From NCBI GenBank assembly GCA_038087875.1, contig CM075977.1, positions 199,950,001 through 200,014,000 on the forward strand: a stretch of DNA of 64,000 nt, in the 5' to 3' direction. The notes under the pieces were generated by a model. The model made no database searches and was not told where the DNA came from. It worked only from the letters and a program-made list of their open reading frames with translations. The translations under genes were made by a program, and so were the position numbers. The stretch's first letter is position 1. Every line of letters begins with the position of its first letter. The stretch comes from Malacoraja senta. Its lineage: Eukaryota. This document shows positions 11,960 through 25,055 of this stretch, piece by piece.

Positions 11960-12760
11960 TATCCATGGCCTTCCATGTTACCATTTCCCTTCAAATGCCT
12001 CTGTGGAAGCTGATCTCCGTACTGTCCCCATCTCCAAGTACTGACACAGTCTCTACACATGCACAGCATGTTCAGTGTAACAGTATGAGCCAGCCCAAAG
12101 AAGTGCTGTCAATAACTACCAACATCAATAGAGACTCTAACCATGGAGAGTTGTTCACTGCATGAACATTGCCAAGTTTCTCTGTGTCCTTGAGTGGGTG
12201 TAAGGGGTTCACTGTTGACCTGAAATGTAACTGAAATAGCCACAAATATTTACTGGGGCCAGAAGTGCAAATCAAAAGCTTGGAAAAAAAAATTGTGGCT
12301 AACTCAACTCCTGATTCCTCATAATCGTTTTACCATCAACTTGACACGAGCCAGGAATGTGAGAGAATGTATTGTTGCCCGATTGCATGGAGCTCCAACG
12401 TCATAGCACTAGCCAGGGCAATGCAACTCGTTTGATTTGCATTCCATTCACTCTCATAACATGCACAAACTCCATTGACAGCATTTTCTGCTTGAAGTGT
12501 GCACATTCATATACGATGCACAGAAACATCTTGCCAAAATGTCTTCCACAATGCCTTTCAAATCTGTGGCATCTGCCTCCTAGCTAGACAAGGACACACG
12601 ATAATGCTTCCATTTGAAATTGCCCTTGAAATCATTCACCTTCTTGTCTCGGATGGATGTTGGTGTTGCTTTGCTGTCACTGAGCGAAAGCCCATATATT
12701 GACCTAACAGCACTATATGGGCATCTTCACCAGAGACTCCAAATCATGAAGAAACCTGAC
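11960..12760 (+). mobile_element. Old, highly degraded LINE fragment
   Basis: Diffuse similarity to the reverse complement of 33420-34030 and to 17010-17415. Confidence 0.4.
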
Positions 12761-13227
12761 ATCCAGGTTCTGTGATGTATCTATGCTTGCTCTTCCATTG
12801 ATTGAAATCACGTCCGCTCCATTCACCCAATTTCACACAACTGTATCCCCAACAAAACATTCACTTTAAAACTAACAGTTAACCAAGGACCATTTGCCAT
12901 TTTTAAGAATAATATTCAGATTTTCTTTGCCAGCCTCTCATTGTTGAATTCTTTCTAAACAACAAATGAGTTGCCTCTAAATTTTTACACTCTCCAATGG
13001 GTGAAAACTATTTCCGTTAACCTTATGAATATATCTTCATATCTTAAACTGAATATGTCATTCCAAAGTATTCCACGTTTCTGGTGACCACCCCTCTAGT
13101 TTTGATATCTCTGCCATTCTGTACAGTTAATAATCACCGACTTCCAAGTTCCAAAGCTAATATAAGATTGTAGCTAATAAATTCTCCTGATCTATGCCAG
13201 TCAAGGCTTCCTTTTCCCATGACATGT

Positions 13228-13320
13228 CTGTAGAAGGGTCTCGACCCAAAACGTCACCTATTCCTTCTCTCCAGAGATGCTGCCCGTCCTGCTGATTTAC
13301 TCCAGCTTTTCATGTCTATC
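13228..13320 (+). mobile_element. Single-arm PLE tail with degenerate hammerhead core
   Basis: ctgtagaagggtctcgacccaaaacgtcacc...agatgctgcc. Confidence 0.75.
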
Positions 13321-13429
13321 TACATGATACAAGCCATGTGCATGGATTCCAAAGTCTATTTTTAGTATTTGCTGTTTCTAAATTTTCACTAATCTTGAAA
13401 GTACGTGTCCTATAGTTGAAGTCTAAAGT

Positions 13430-13745
13430 AAATGTCTCGCATTTGCCTACAATGAAATCGAGTAGCCACAGTTTTCTCCAGTTACTTGAGCACTATTAAT
13501 AGCTCTCTGTAATTTAATACTTCAGTGCTTGCTGCCTTTTTGTCAAAGGGGAACGTGGATCCATCATCTGAATCGCATATAAATATTGTGAATAACTGTG
13601 GTCCAACAGGTACTTGTGCGACACCCCCAGTCAGATCCTGCCACTTTGAATACCTGCTCATTAATCTTGCTCTCTCTCCTGTCAACCAGTTTAGCAGGCA
13701 GGTCAATTCAATGAGCTTTAACTTTAACTTAGTCTCTTATGGGGG
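13430..13745 (-). mobile_element. Degraded CR1 RT fragment
   Basis: ORF 13482-13706(-) ...TGGVAQVPVGPQLFTIFI resembles the GVPQGSVLGPQLFTI motif. Confidence 0.6.
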
Positions 13746-14921
13746 AACTTGAAAGACATCTTCTTGAAGTTCACAACATCTTAAAGACATTTTATTATGA
13801 TAAGAACTGAAACAAAATATTTTTGAATGGGGGGAAATTGGCCTATCTAATGATGCCCACATCCCATGAATGAATGTATTTTGGAAAGAAAACATTTGTA
13901 CTTTGAAATATTCATGACTATCCTGGGGTGGTGAAAGGCCAATGCAACATTTTGCTCCCCATCACCTATTCACAAATCAATCTTAAACACAGACATTCTT
14001 TCTACCTCTGGTGTTAATTCACTTCCCAGCCTTCAATTGCAGAAACAAACCCTCTTGATGTGTTTGAAATTGTAACATAATTAGAGATTGATTGTGGGTG
14101 AGCATGGATTTTGTTTTCTCCAAAGAGAGGACATCCCTTCAAATGTAAAGAAAATGTAATGCAAGTCTGTGACCTTTCTGCCTTGGGCGTTTCTAAAGTT
14201 TGGATTGCGCATTGTGAATGCTCTGGTTTGAGGTTTAGCCCAAGAACTTGGATTTGCCAAATCATTTGATCATGGGCTACATGCACCTTATTTGAACTAT
14301 TCTGTGTAGAATGATGACAATTCATCCTGGATCATTTGCACTTGGTGCAAGGTGCATATTTAAAATATCTTTCCATTTGCAATTAATGAAAGTACACAGT
14401 GGGAAGTTATTGAAGCTGTTTACTTGATCTTCATATTTGGTCGACCTTAATATAGAATCACAGTGATTGCAAATAAAAAGAGGTGGACAGCCTCACAATT
14501 TACTTCAAAAGGACTGGCTTTAAAGGGATTGAAAACTTGACCATACTCCATATTACTGCAGATGTCAGTGCTGTTTATATTACCTTGATACATATCTTGT
14601 GACTATCTCAGAGGTTTGGCAAGAAAATAATAAGCACGGAAGTGTACCGTACATGCTTGGGTTGTATATTAAATGTAAAATTAAGAGTAATTATACTTTC
14701 TCAAAACCTCTGTAAAATTGTTAATTTGGGCTGAGAGTATACAATTTTACAAGCTACTTAAAAAAACCAATTAGCTTTGCCCTTTGCACTCGATCTTCTA
14801 AAACATCATGCCTGCATGTATGCTTTTGCAACTATGTTATGGTTTAAGTCAAGGGTGAAAGCAATTACTATTTTTTACCAATATGGTCATATTGCTAACA
14901 TCATTAATTTGACCTATTTTT

Positions 14922-15923
14922 TTTAGTTTAGTTTAAATATAAAGCGCGGAAGCATGCCCTTCACCGACCAGTGATCTCTGCATACTAACACTATCCCACA
15001 CATCCCGGGGGGAACAGAGGGGATACGTCCCCCCCCCCATGTTTTGAGAAGTGGGGGACGATCCACCCCCCCCCCCCATGTTTTATAATCTGGATTTTAA
15101 AACTCGATGAAAAAAAACCTATTAAAAATCTCCGCTTTCCGCGAGACAGTGGGGGTGGGACTGATGATTGATTGGATGAGAGAGACGTCGGTCAGCAGGC
15201 AATGGGGGGGGGGGGGGAGGAACTATGATGATTCAGCGCAATGATTGGAGGAGGGAGGTGTCGGTCAGAGGCAGAAGTAGGGGGGTGGGACTGAGGATAG
15301 AGCACGGTGATTGGAGGAGGGAGACGTCCTGGTGGAACAAAGATCATAGAGCAGAGCTTGAATCGGCCCATTCGCGGGGCTTTTCATCGCCCGGCCTGGA
15401 GTGGCTTAATATCGGCCACGGGATCTTCCATCACCCCGCGGTCAAATTGCTGCGTCGAGGTGATCGAGGCTCCCGATGTTGAAGCCCCCGCCGGGCGATG
15501 AAAGGCCCCGCAAATGGGCTGATTGAAGCCCCACGATTCGGGGTGGACGAAGCTGCTGTTGCAGGAGTTCGGAGTCGGTCACCAACCAGGTCAGCTTCCG
15601 ATGTTAACGTCCACATGGCCCAAGGCCGAAGCCTCGCGTGTGCACGCACACAGCCGACAAGAAATTGTGTCCCCCCCCCCCATGTTTGATAGCGATTTCC
15701 ATGCCTGCACACATTGGACAATTTTACATTTATACCAAGCCAATTAACCTACCAAAGCTGTATGTCTTCGGAGTGTGGGCGGAAACCGAAGATCTCGGAG
15801 AAAACTCGTGCTGGTCACGGGCAGAATGTACAAACTCCGTTCATACAGCACCCGTAGTCAGGATCGAACCCTGGTCTCTGGCGCTGTGAGGCAGTAGCTC
15901 TAACCCTGCACCACTGTGCTGCC
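14922..15923 (-). mobile_element. HE1/V-SINE-type tRNA-derived SINE, interrupted at ~15001-15707
   Basis: B-box ggttcgatcc (reverse strand), V-SINE-like core, (AAACT)n tail; the two halves are collinear with the copy at 43411. Confidence 0.85.
15001..15707. mobile_element. Unclassified GC-rich insertion, possibly a non-autonomous hAT-like element with damaged left end
   Basis: Interrupts the SINE; subterminal repeats cccccccccatgttt at both ends; right end gatttccatgcctg. Confidence 0.45.
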
Positions 15924-17009
15924 TCTTGATACCATGTATTGATTGTGTTGATCTTAGCAGTATGCCGTGCCAACCTGACCTGCCTTGACTTCTGCCTCTG
16001 TTAGTGGTGACTTTGGTGACTTGGTTCATTATTGGGGAATTGTGCACTATAGATTACATCTGTGAGTTTATCCAGTACATCATCCCACTTAGCCAAGATG
16101 ACATCTGGATTCTGCCAAAAAAAAAAATGTATGCACTAATGGATAAAGGTGAAAGGTCACTTTTAGCATAAAGTCCTTTTGTCATCTTCCATTTTCTCAT
16201 TTGATAATTTATGAAGATTGCTCATCTGTATTATGTCAGAAAGCTGTGTGTGGGAATGGATATATTTTCAAAGAGATTTGTCTGGCTGCGGGGAAAGAGC
16301 AAGGGGGTGGAACTGTTGTTCTCCTTCGAATGTGTCTTTACGGTGATTCAATGATACTTTATTACAAGCAGGGTAGGCTGGATTGACAGCCGTCTGTGTG
16401 CGTCCCAGTTGATGGATTTGTATGAGACAAGCCCGCTTGCATCACTACCCGTTGAAACATGATGCAGGCAATGTGGAGTCAGTGTTGAACCTATTGTTAT
16501 TGATATTAGCACCGCATGGCTCTGTATTTAATTGCCTACATTTCCTTGGAAAAACCTTAGTGGCACAGTCAGCATCTTAAATGAAAACACTTGCAACATT
16601 TCAGCGTGAAAGGAAGTGATTGAAAACTAAATTAGAGCTATGTTTTCTCGTGTTGGCTGTCAAGCCATTTAAGACTGTGCGTATTCTCGCTTTAATAAGC
16701 TTTATCCTCTTGTGCTTGTGCACTTGGCTTCTTTTGATGCAAATTTGACTTGCATACTAAACCAATGCGTTTGAAAGCCGGAGAAAATAATTAAAAATCC
16801 AGGCTGACGTTTGTGTGCGGAGAAGGAATGGGGGATGGGCATGGGAAGGAGTTGTTTTCAGAATCGGTCCAAGAAACGAACCCCTTGATATTCTCTGCTT
16901 TCTTTCATTAAACCAAAGTTTTGTAAGGAATTCCCAAGTGTTGTTTACTCTGACACATTTTCAATATTATCATGGAATTTTCTGATAGATTTCCGGAGGA
17001 AGCACTGCA

Positions 17010-17415
17010 CTGATGAGAGCCGCACCTTCACGGAGGATAGCAGTTCTATTTGTTACAAGTAAATCACCTCCATCTCAGGAGATCACTGCAAGCGTTCCCC
17101 AGGCAGTGTCTGGGGTCCAACTAATATCGGATGGTTCCATTGCAGTTGTTGTCCCAACAGATGGTCATGAATGGAGATGTTTTATAACATTTGGACTTCA
17201 TTACGTAACGAATGCCAAACAGCAAAACCTGGGCAACACTTGGACATGGGCTGTAAAGAGCCATGAAATGAAATAGAGTCATAGAACATATTGGTGTTCC
17301 TTCACCAATGTAGAAACTCCATGTCCAACACCTTCACCAGAAGGGTTACAGCAGTTCAAGAATATGGCTCACCATGTCCTTCAATAAGGGCAATTGCGGA
17401 TCGGCAATAAATGTT
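17010..17415 (+). mobile_element. Old LINE remnant (degenerate GVPQGSVLGP motif plus 3' end)
   Basis: ASVPQAVSGVQ translation near 17090; aataaa-terminated tail. Confidence 0.45.
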
Positions 17416-18904
17416 GATTTAACCAGTGCTACTTTTATCTTGTAATTGAATATTAGACATCACCTAATGTTTTTCTTTCATGCACTCAACACAATCCCTT
17501 GCATTTCCATCCAACATGCGCTCATGAACTGCCAGATATAATTACATTCTTATTCATTAAACTGAAGTATATTTTCATAATTGATACCTGAAATGTCCAT
17601 GTGGTGGCACAATACTATTCATCAGTGAGGTGCAGACATCTTGTGTCTGTTCACTGCTTGGGTTCTGATACTCTGAGTTGTTTCAAACCAGGTAGACAGA
17701 GAGTAGTGCACAGGAAGGTTGTATTAAGTGTAATTATGAATGATAAGCGGTCCCAAACAATGATCTACCTCATTGAAGACCCCTGGACTATCTTTAATCG
17801 GTCTTCACTGGACTTGCACTAAACGTTATTCACTTTATCATGTGCACTGTGGGCATCTCAATTGTAATCGTGTATGGTCTTTCCACTGACTGGTTAGCAT
17901 GCAACAAAAAGCTTTTCACTGTACCTTGGAACATGCGACAATAAATTAAACTAAAGTAAAACAGTGAAACCACATATTGTATGAAAGCTTTGCAAAGGGA
18001 TAGTGAAATTTCTGGTAAAGCGAGGCAATCAAGTCACAGTGATTTTTTTTGCTTGCATACCCAAGGTATGCAAATAATCGCCACATAAAGGGCACTTACA
18101 AAGTTACAAAGTATCTGCGCCAGGTCCCCTTTGTTCTCCCTCCTCCCTCTCTCTGCACCAGCTCCCCCCATGCCGGGTCCTCCTTTGTTCCTTTCAGCAT
18201 CCTCGCTCCCACATGGTCCATCCTCATCCGTCGGTCAGCGCCCTCATTGACCGCCGCACCAACCTCTCCTCCATTGCCACCAGGTCCCTTCCTGACGCTT
18301 CAATGGCGCCGACCCAAGCCCCAGCCATGGGCTCTGTCGACCCAGGGGCCACCGGTGGCTCCAAACCGTGTGTTCGTAACAATCTGTGTATGTTCGTAAC
18401 AATCTGCATTTTGGAATTGGACTGAGTGAAAAAGCACTCAGACTGAATGCCATGTATCTGGATCGGTGAACAGTTTTCAACTTGTTTGAGCTGCCGTTGA
18501 GCCTTTCTTTTCAAGTCTGACAACACGTGCAACTAATTGTTGTCTCAGTCGTGGAAGCGTTCATAGTATTTAGAAGCTGCTCGCTAACACGCTGAACTGA
18601 GGCTAAAAACATTTCTATTTTCGAATTAACCCTCTGCAAATTGCCCATTCATTGTGTGCCCTCATCTGTGGTCGATAATTTTATTAGCAACAGAGGGAGC
18701 TGTTATGACTAATCGTGGGGAATCCCATCATTCTCTCAGCAGTCTTTGGAAGCCTCACTGTGGATTGCTGCTGGAATTATTTATATGATTGTGTTGTGGT
18801 CTGTCGTCTCGTATTGCAAGTATCGTCTCATTTATTATCGTGGCAAGTACTGTACTTTTGCAGTCTGATTTGCAGCCACTGCAGATCATTATTTAATTCC
18901 CGAA

Positions 18905-19085
18905 GATTTCACACCTTATCTTTCCACCCTTTATCTCCCTCTCCCCTGACTCAGTCTGAAGAAGGGTCTCGACCTGAAACGTCACCCATTCCTTCTCTCC
19001 AGAGATGATACTTGTCCCGCGGAGCAACTCCAGCATTTTGTGTCTACCTTCGATATAAACCAGCATCTGCAGTTCCTTCGTACAC
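18905..19085 (+). mobile_element. PLE 3' tail with hammerhead core at 18956-18983
   Basis: ctgaagaagggtctcgacctgaaacgtc. Confidence 0.8.
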
Positions 19086-19644
19086 ATTTTTCAATTCCCT
19101 GCGGATCAACTAATTGTCGAAGCATTTTGGATGGTGTGAATGGTCCAGCAGATTTTTTAAAATATGAAATCAGGTCAGAGATTTCACTGTTGCATAAAGG
19201 TTAAATAGTGGAGTCTTTGAAATGAACATGCAGTTTGAATGGGATTATTGGACATCTGAGATTTAAAAATAAATGTTTTTAGAATTTGGTTGGAGGGCCA
19301 GTCACTCGATTGGCACGAGCTCATAACATGTATGTGCGATCAATAAAAAAATTGTTTTGATAACTTGATTAATCCTGGCTCTTTTATTATCGAGTGTATC
19401 TGAAACTAAATAAGGCACAATGACAGCAAGACTCTAAATATCAATTTTTTCCAAAATTGAACTCTCTGCAATTGGTTTATATGTTTAGCTGGAGAGTAGA
19501 ATTGGGAACTTGGAATCCAATGTAGACGTGTAAAAATAATGTTCAATTGAAGTTACAGGTTCCTAGTGCAGACTTTTTGGAAACGATAGCGAGATGCCGA
19601 ATAAACATTAACCTCTGCCGAACAATGACTTCTCTAATATAGAA

Positions 19645-20112
19645 TTATAGAAGTTATAGTATAGAAGTTGGGAGGTCATGTTACAGTTATATAAGGCCAC
19701 ATTTAGCGTATTGTGCTCAGTTCTGGGCACCATGTTGTCGGAAAATGTTGTCAAGCTGGAAAAGGTGCAGAGAATATTTACAAGGAGGTTGCCAGGAATC
19801 GAGGGCCTGAGCTATAGGGCGAGGTTGAGCAGACTAGGACTTTATTCCGTGGAGTGCAGGAAGATGAGGGGTGATCTTATAGAGGTGTGTGCAAGATCAG
19901 GACAGGAATACACTGTAGATAAGGCAAATGCATAGAGTATTTTACCTAGAGTAGGGGAATTGAGAACCAGCGGACATAGGCTGAAGGTGAGAGGGCAAAG
20001 ATTTAATAGGAACCTGACGGGCAACTTTTTTATACAAAGTGTGGAATGAGCTGCCAGAGAAGGAAGTTGAGGCAGCTTCCATCACAATGTTTTAGAAACA
20101 TTTAGACAGGTA
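19645..20112 (+). mobile_element. CR1 3' fragment; further CR1 tail at 20595-20790
   Basis: MLQLYK...LEKVQRIFTRRLPGIEGLSYRARLSRLGLYS...RGDLIEV. Confidence 0.85.
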
Positions 20113-20592
20113 GTTTAGTTTATTAGCATGCCTATCGAGTTACAGTGAAAAGCTTTTGTTGCATGCTAACCAGTCAGCGGAGAGACGACATGATTGCAAT
20201 CAAGCCATCCACATGATCAAGGGAATAATGTGAATAACATTTAGTACAAGATAAAGTCCAGTAAATTCCAATCAAAGGTAGTGAGGGTCTCCAATGAGGT
20301 AGATAGTAGCTCAGGACTGCTCTCTAGTTGTTGGTAGGATGATTCCTGATAACAGCTGGGAAGAAACTGTCCCTGAAGCTGGAAGTGTGCGTTTTCTCAC
20401 CTATATCTTTTGCCCGATGGGTGAAGGGAGAAGAGGGAATGACTGAGGTGCGACTCATCCTTGATTATGCTGGTGGCTTTGTCGAGGCAGCGTGAGGTAT
20501 AAATGCAATGGAAGAGAGGTTGGTTTGTGTGACGGTCTGTGCTGCATTCACAATTCTCTGGTCTTGAATGGATCCGTTCCCAAACCATACTG
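20113..20592 (-). mobile_element. Rex1/Babar-like LINE 3' fragment
   Basis: IIKDESHLSHSLFSLHPSGKRYR motif; (AAACT)-type tail. Confidence 0.7.
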
Positions 20593-20804
20593 TAATGCGG
20601 TATATGGAACGAGGTGCCAGAGGAGGTAGTTGAGGCAGGTACTATAACATTTAAAAAATATTTGCACTGGTACATGGATAGGATAGGTTTAGTGGGATAT
20701 GGGCCAAATGCAGGCACGTGTAGATGGGGCATATTGGTCAGCGTGGGCGTTGGGCCAAAGGGCCTGTTTACATTCCTTATGACTGACTCCTAAGTGCAGA
20801 CTTA

Positions 20805-21500
20805 AGCCCCTGTCCCACTTACGTGTCCTTGGCATGCTAATTATGCAACCTCGTGGTCGCATTGAGGCGCGATGGTTCCGCGAAGGTCGCGCGCGACTTC
20901 ATTCGCCCGCACAGTCGTCTGGAGCGTGTGACGTCATTTGAGGATGGACACAAAATGCCGGAGTAACTCAGCAGGACCGGCAGCATTTCTGGAGAGAAGG
21001 AATGGGTGATGTTTCGTGTCGAGACTCTGCTTCGGTCTGAAAGAAGGGTCTTGGCCCGAAACGTCACCCATTGCTTCTCTCCAGAGATGCTTTCGGTCCC
21101 GCTGAGTTACTCCAGCATTTTGTGCCTATCTTCAATTTTCTTGGCCCTGCTCTGGGAGTAGGAGTGAGGGAAGATCCGGACCGCAACGGCCGTGAGCCCC
21201 AGGCCGAGCTCAGCGATCATTTGCCTGCTTCTGCTGCTGTTGGAGGTTAGACGTTGTGTCGTGCCAGGGTCTTGGGCCTGTCCCACTTTGGCCGTCAGTT
21301 ACGCGACAGGCCGTTGGCGCGCGAAGATTTCGTTCACTACAAAGATTTCGGAGCCCCGCGCGATGTCGCGCACAACTACATACCCCTCCGCGCTTCTCAG
21401 TGGGACCGGCCCCACGCAGCCACACGATGCCCGTGCGCCTCAACGCGACCACGAGGTCGCTTAATTTGCGTGCCAACGACACGTAAGTGGGACAGGCCCT
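20805..21500. mobile_element. Harbinger-type MITE containing a PLE-tail fold-back (20946-21133)
   Basis: TIRs agcccctgtcccacttacgtgtc / gacacgtaagtgggacaggccct with ~60-bp imperfect inverted arms; flanks TTA/TAA. Confidence 0.85.
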
Positions 21501-22353
21501 TAATTGGTAAGATGGTTAGACGAAAACCTCTGCTGAACAGTGATTTCTCTAATGTGTCAATACTCCCAGTCATGAAGGATGTGTAATGGATCACTAATAG
21601 GTGCACGCCTGATATCGCGCACCCTCCCATCCTCAAACCCACCAGCCAGGGTAGTATTAATTGCAAAAAAGCACTTGGAGCCAAGGCCAGTTAGGATACA
21701 GATCACTGATGATCTCCATTGGTAGAACACAATCGATGGGCTGAATAACTTTCACCAGCTCCGAGGTTTTGCCAGTAAGCTGCATTGACTGAATGGTTGA
21801 AGTTGAGATAATCTATTATAGGATGGATCTGTGAACCTAAATCAATGTGCAACTGTCAATGCGCCGTGCTTCTTAGAAGTAATCACATTTTCTGAAATAA
21901 AATAAACTAGAAGTTGGCCATTATAAAAATCTTCCAAAATGAATTGTTCTTGAAAAGGCGTTCAGTTTAATTTGTGTTATGCAGGTGACTAATTGAGATG
22001 AATTTTTATCAGAAATAAATATAAGAAGCATTAAATTCTTGTGGCTTTATGCAACTTTCAACAGTATGTTTTAACTGGGTGAAATATTGTATGGAATTGG
22101 ATTAAAAGATCACTAAAGCTTCCATCCTAAATCAATCTCAAGGTCATTATTCACTGCAATGAACTCTTGCATGGGAATGCAAACTCTTTCCATAGTGTTA
22201 CGGGAAACTTGGCTATTGTGGAAAATGAACATGTGGAACATTGCACTCAAATGTAACATTATTAACCATTTTCTTTAACAACATTTCTTAATCTGTTCTG
22301 AGCAATTTTGTGAGCTGTTTTTTCGTTTAAAGGAACTATATAATTTGGCTGCT

Positions 22354-22600
22354 AGATAAAAATGCTGGTGAGATGCTGTCTCAGCGGGTGAGACAGCATC
22401 TATGGAGAGAAGGAATAGGCGACGTTTCGGGTCAGACTGAAGAAGGGTCTTGACCCGAAACGTCGCCTACCATAAGTCTGAAGAAGGGTCTCGACCCAAA
22501 ACGTCGCCTATTCTTTCCCTCCATAGATGCTGCCTCACCCGCTGAGTTTCTCCAGCATTTTTGTCTACCTTAGATTTTTCCAGCATCTGCAGTTCTTTCT
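22354..22600. mobile_element. PLE-tail fold-back with two tandem hammerhead cores (22437-22464, 22478-22505)
   Basis: Inverted arms; ctgaagaagggtcttgacccgaaacgtc ... ctgaagaagggtctcgacccaaaacgtc. Confidence 0.85.
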
Positions 22601-22954
22601 TAAGCATATAATTTGGCTGTAAATGTTTGCATTTCTGGACATTTTAAGGAGATGATGTTTTCAATCACACTGGAGCCTGTGATCCTCACAGAGACTTGAG
22701 ATCTTTGGCATTGCTGAGATCATTTGCAAAGTATCGCATAGATTTTGATGAAGTTGTTGAATGATTTACCATATGTTCTCTGGAATCTTAAGTGAGGGCA
22801 TTGTAAAACTAAAAGTTAAAAAAAGAAAGAATCCGGACACCAGAAGACCATTAAATGACAGATTTGCTGAAATGTAGCATCTGAAACACATATGTAGCTA
22901 GAACATAGTAGACAAATTGGAAATCCACGATTTGACTTGCAGAATTACGTGCTA

Positions 22955-23330
22955 GCAGTGGAGAGGGTCCAGAGGAGGTTTATGAGAATGATGATCACGA
23001 GGAATATTGGGTTTAACGCATGAGGAGCGATTGACGGCTCTGGCCCTGTACACGCGGGAGTTTAGAAGGATGAGGGTGGATCCCAGTGAAACCTAACGAA
23101 TAATGACATGGCCTAGTGGAGTTATTGCCACAAACGGTTGTGGAGGCCGTCATTGGGTATTATTAAAGTGGAGATTGATAGATTCTTGCTTAGTAAGGAC
23201 GTCGGAGGTTATAGGGAGATGGCGGGAGATTGGGGTTGAGTGGGAAAAATAGATCAGCCAAGATTGAATGGCGGCGCTGATTCGATGGGTCAAGTGGTCT
23301 CCTTTTGCTCCTATGTCTTGTGGTCTTATG
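22955..23330 (+). mobile_element. Degraded CR1 3' fragment
   Basis: gagagggtccagaggaggttt...gagtttagaaggatgaggg and CR1-type 3' UTR. Confidence 0.75.
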
Positions 23331-23420
23331 AATCTGGGAAATATGGATGATCCATTAAAAAATTGTCATTCAGCCCTGATGTGAATCAGCCAGCTTATAG
23401 TAACTGGAGCATGGATAAAG

Positions 23421-23553
23421 GGTGTAGGAAAGAACTGCAGATGCTGGTTTAAATCGAAGGTAGATACAAAATGCTGGAGTTACTCAGCGGGACAGGCAGC
23501 ATCTCTGGAGAGAAAGAATGGGTGACATTTCGGGCCGAGACCCTTCTTCGGAC
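23421..23553 (-). mobile_element. Single-arm PLE tail
   Basis: Reverse complement of the tail; duplicated flank atggataaagggtg at 23411 and 23575. Confidence 0.8.
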
Positions 23554-24572
23554 TGATCTGATGGATCAGATCAGATGGATAAAGGGTGCTACTGACCTGG
23601 GACTTGGGAGGAGGAAGATGGAGGCCAGTTCAAGATGCAGGCCAGTACTTGTAAGAGCTGCCTGCATGATAAATAACATTCCCTGTACCAATTCATCTGC
23701 TGCTCATGGCTGTATATCCCGACATTGAGACACGTTAATGAGGGAGGTGAGTGGGGTCGTGGAATGTGTAAAAATGAAAGAACAGGCTGTTGTGAGGACA
23801 TAAGGTAATTTGACTACGGAATTAGCACCTTCTGTTCTTTGGCATCTTGGAGTATATTACTACCATTCAATCATTCCGTCAATATTTTTAAGAGACGTTA
23901 TTCACTCTGTGGAGAAAGCTGACTTTTTAATTAAAACTGTACTGATCTGCACCTCTGGGTTGGATTAGGTCAGCATCAACCTGCCGGGCAGGATATAGTC
24001 AATCAAGTGTGATGGGATGGACAGAAGCCAATCAGTCTGCTGAGTTATTAGTGTGTTTGGAGGGATTGATTGCTGCAGCACTTCAGCGGGATTGAATTTC
24101 CTGATCACTTTCATTCACTTCTCTGGAATATGCAGCATCTATTAATGGCCATTTTATTCATCCGAATCTGAAAACTTATTTGTGCGCGCAAATTGAAGTA
24201 GAAATGCTCTGAAGGGTTATCTGATAGACCTAATAAGCTTAAATGCTTGCTTCGTTTGATGGTTCCCTGTGTTGCGAGATTAGTCCAGGCAAAAAAGGTG
24301 AGTCACGGAATTAATCTAACCCACAAACGTTGCCTTGCTCGATTGCTAAAACAGCAAGGAAACTTATTTTGTGAAGGCAATTTGACAACATGAAGCAATG
24401 TGAAATGTACAATAACATTTGCTATTTGAACACGGCAGTGGGATTTTAAATATTGTCCAAATTAGAAATACCTTTAGTGTCCTGTATCTGTCTCCTGTTT
24501 TGTCTGCCATTGGGATAAACAGAAGCCAGCACTGATGATGGAAGACTATTGCAGCAAGATATAAAACCCTAA

Positions 24573-24920
24573 AGGGCCTGTCCCACTGTACGAGGTAATT
24601 CAAGAGTTCTCCCGAGTTTTCCCCTGATTCGAACTCGGAGAATGTCCGTAGCGGGTCCGTAGGAGTTCGTGAATGTCTCGTAGCGGCTTGTACGACTTAA
24701 AAGTAACAATTTGTTTCATCACGAGTATTTTTTTACTCGTGGACATTTTTCACAGTGTTGAAAAAACGTCACGAGCTTGCCGGATTTCTCGAGTTACTCG
24801 TACGAGCCGCTACGAGACATCCACGAACTCCTACGAACCCGCTATGGACATTCTCCAAGTTCGAATCAGGGGAAAACGCGGGAGAACTCTTGAATTACCT
24901 CGTACAGTGGGACAGGCCCT
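24573..24920. mobile_element. Palindromic Harbinger-type MITE (348 bp)
   Basis: agggcctgtcccactgtacgaggtaattcaagagttctccc ... gggagaactcttgaattacctcgtacagtgggacaggccct; ~120-bp arms; TAA/TTA flanks. Confidence 0.9.
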
Positions 24921-25055
24921 TTACCTGCTTCTGCTGTGATCCAGTGGAAGATTTGCTAGATTTCTTTGTCTTAATTACAATGTGGTATTGTGGAGGAACT
25001 TGATGTGGGAAGCACGAGAGCATTGTGCTTTGCAGTTTTCTTCTGGAGCAGCATG

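Noticed and set aside
20802-21503. TTAA-targeting (piggyBac/Kolobok) assignment for the MITEs
   Set aside because: TTAA fits only this copy. Copies with reconstructable or identical flanks show 3-bp TAA/TTA duplications, although 24573 and 28300 have imperfect flanks.
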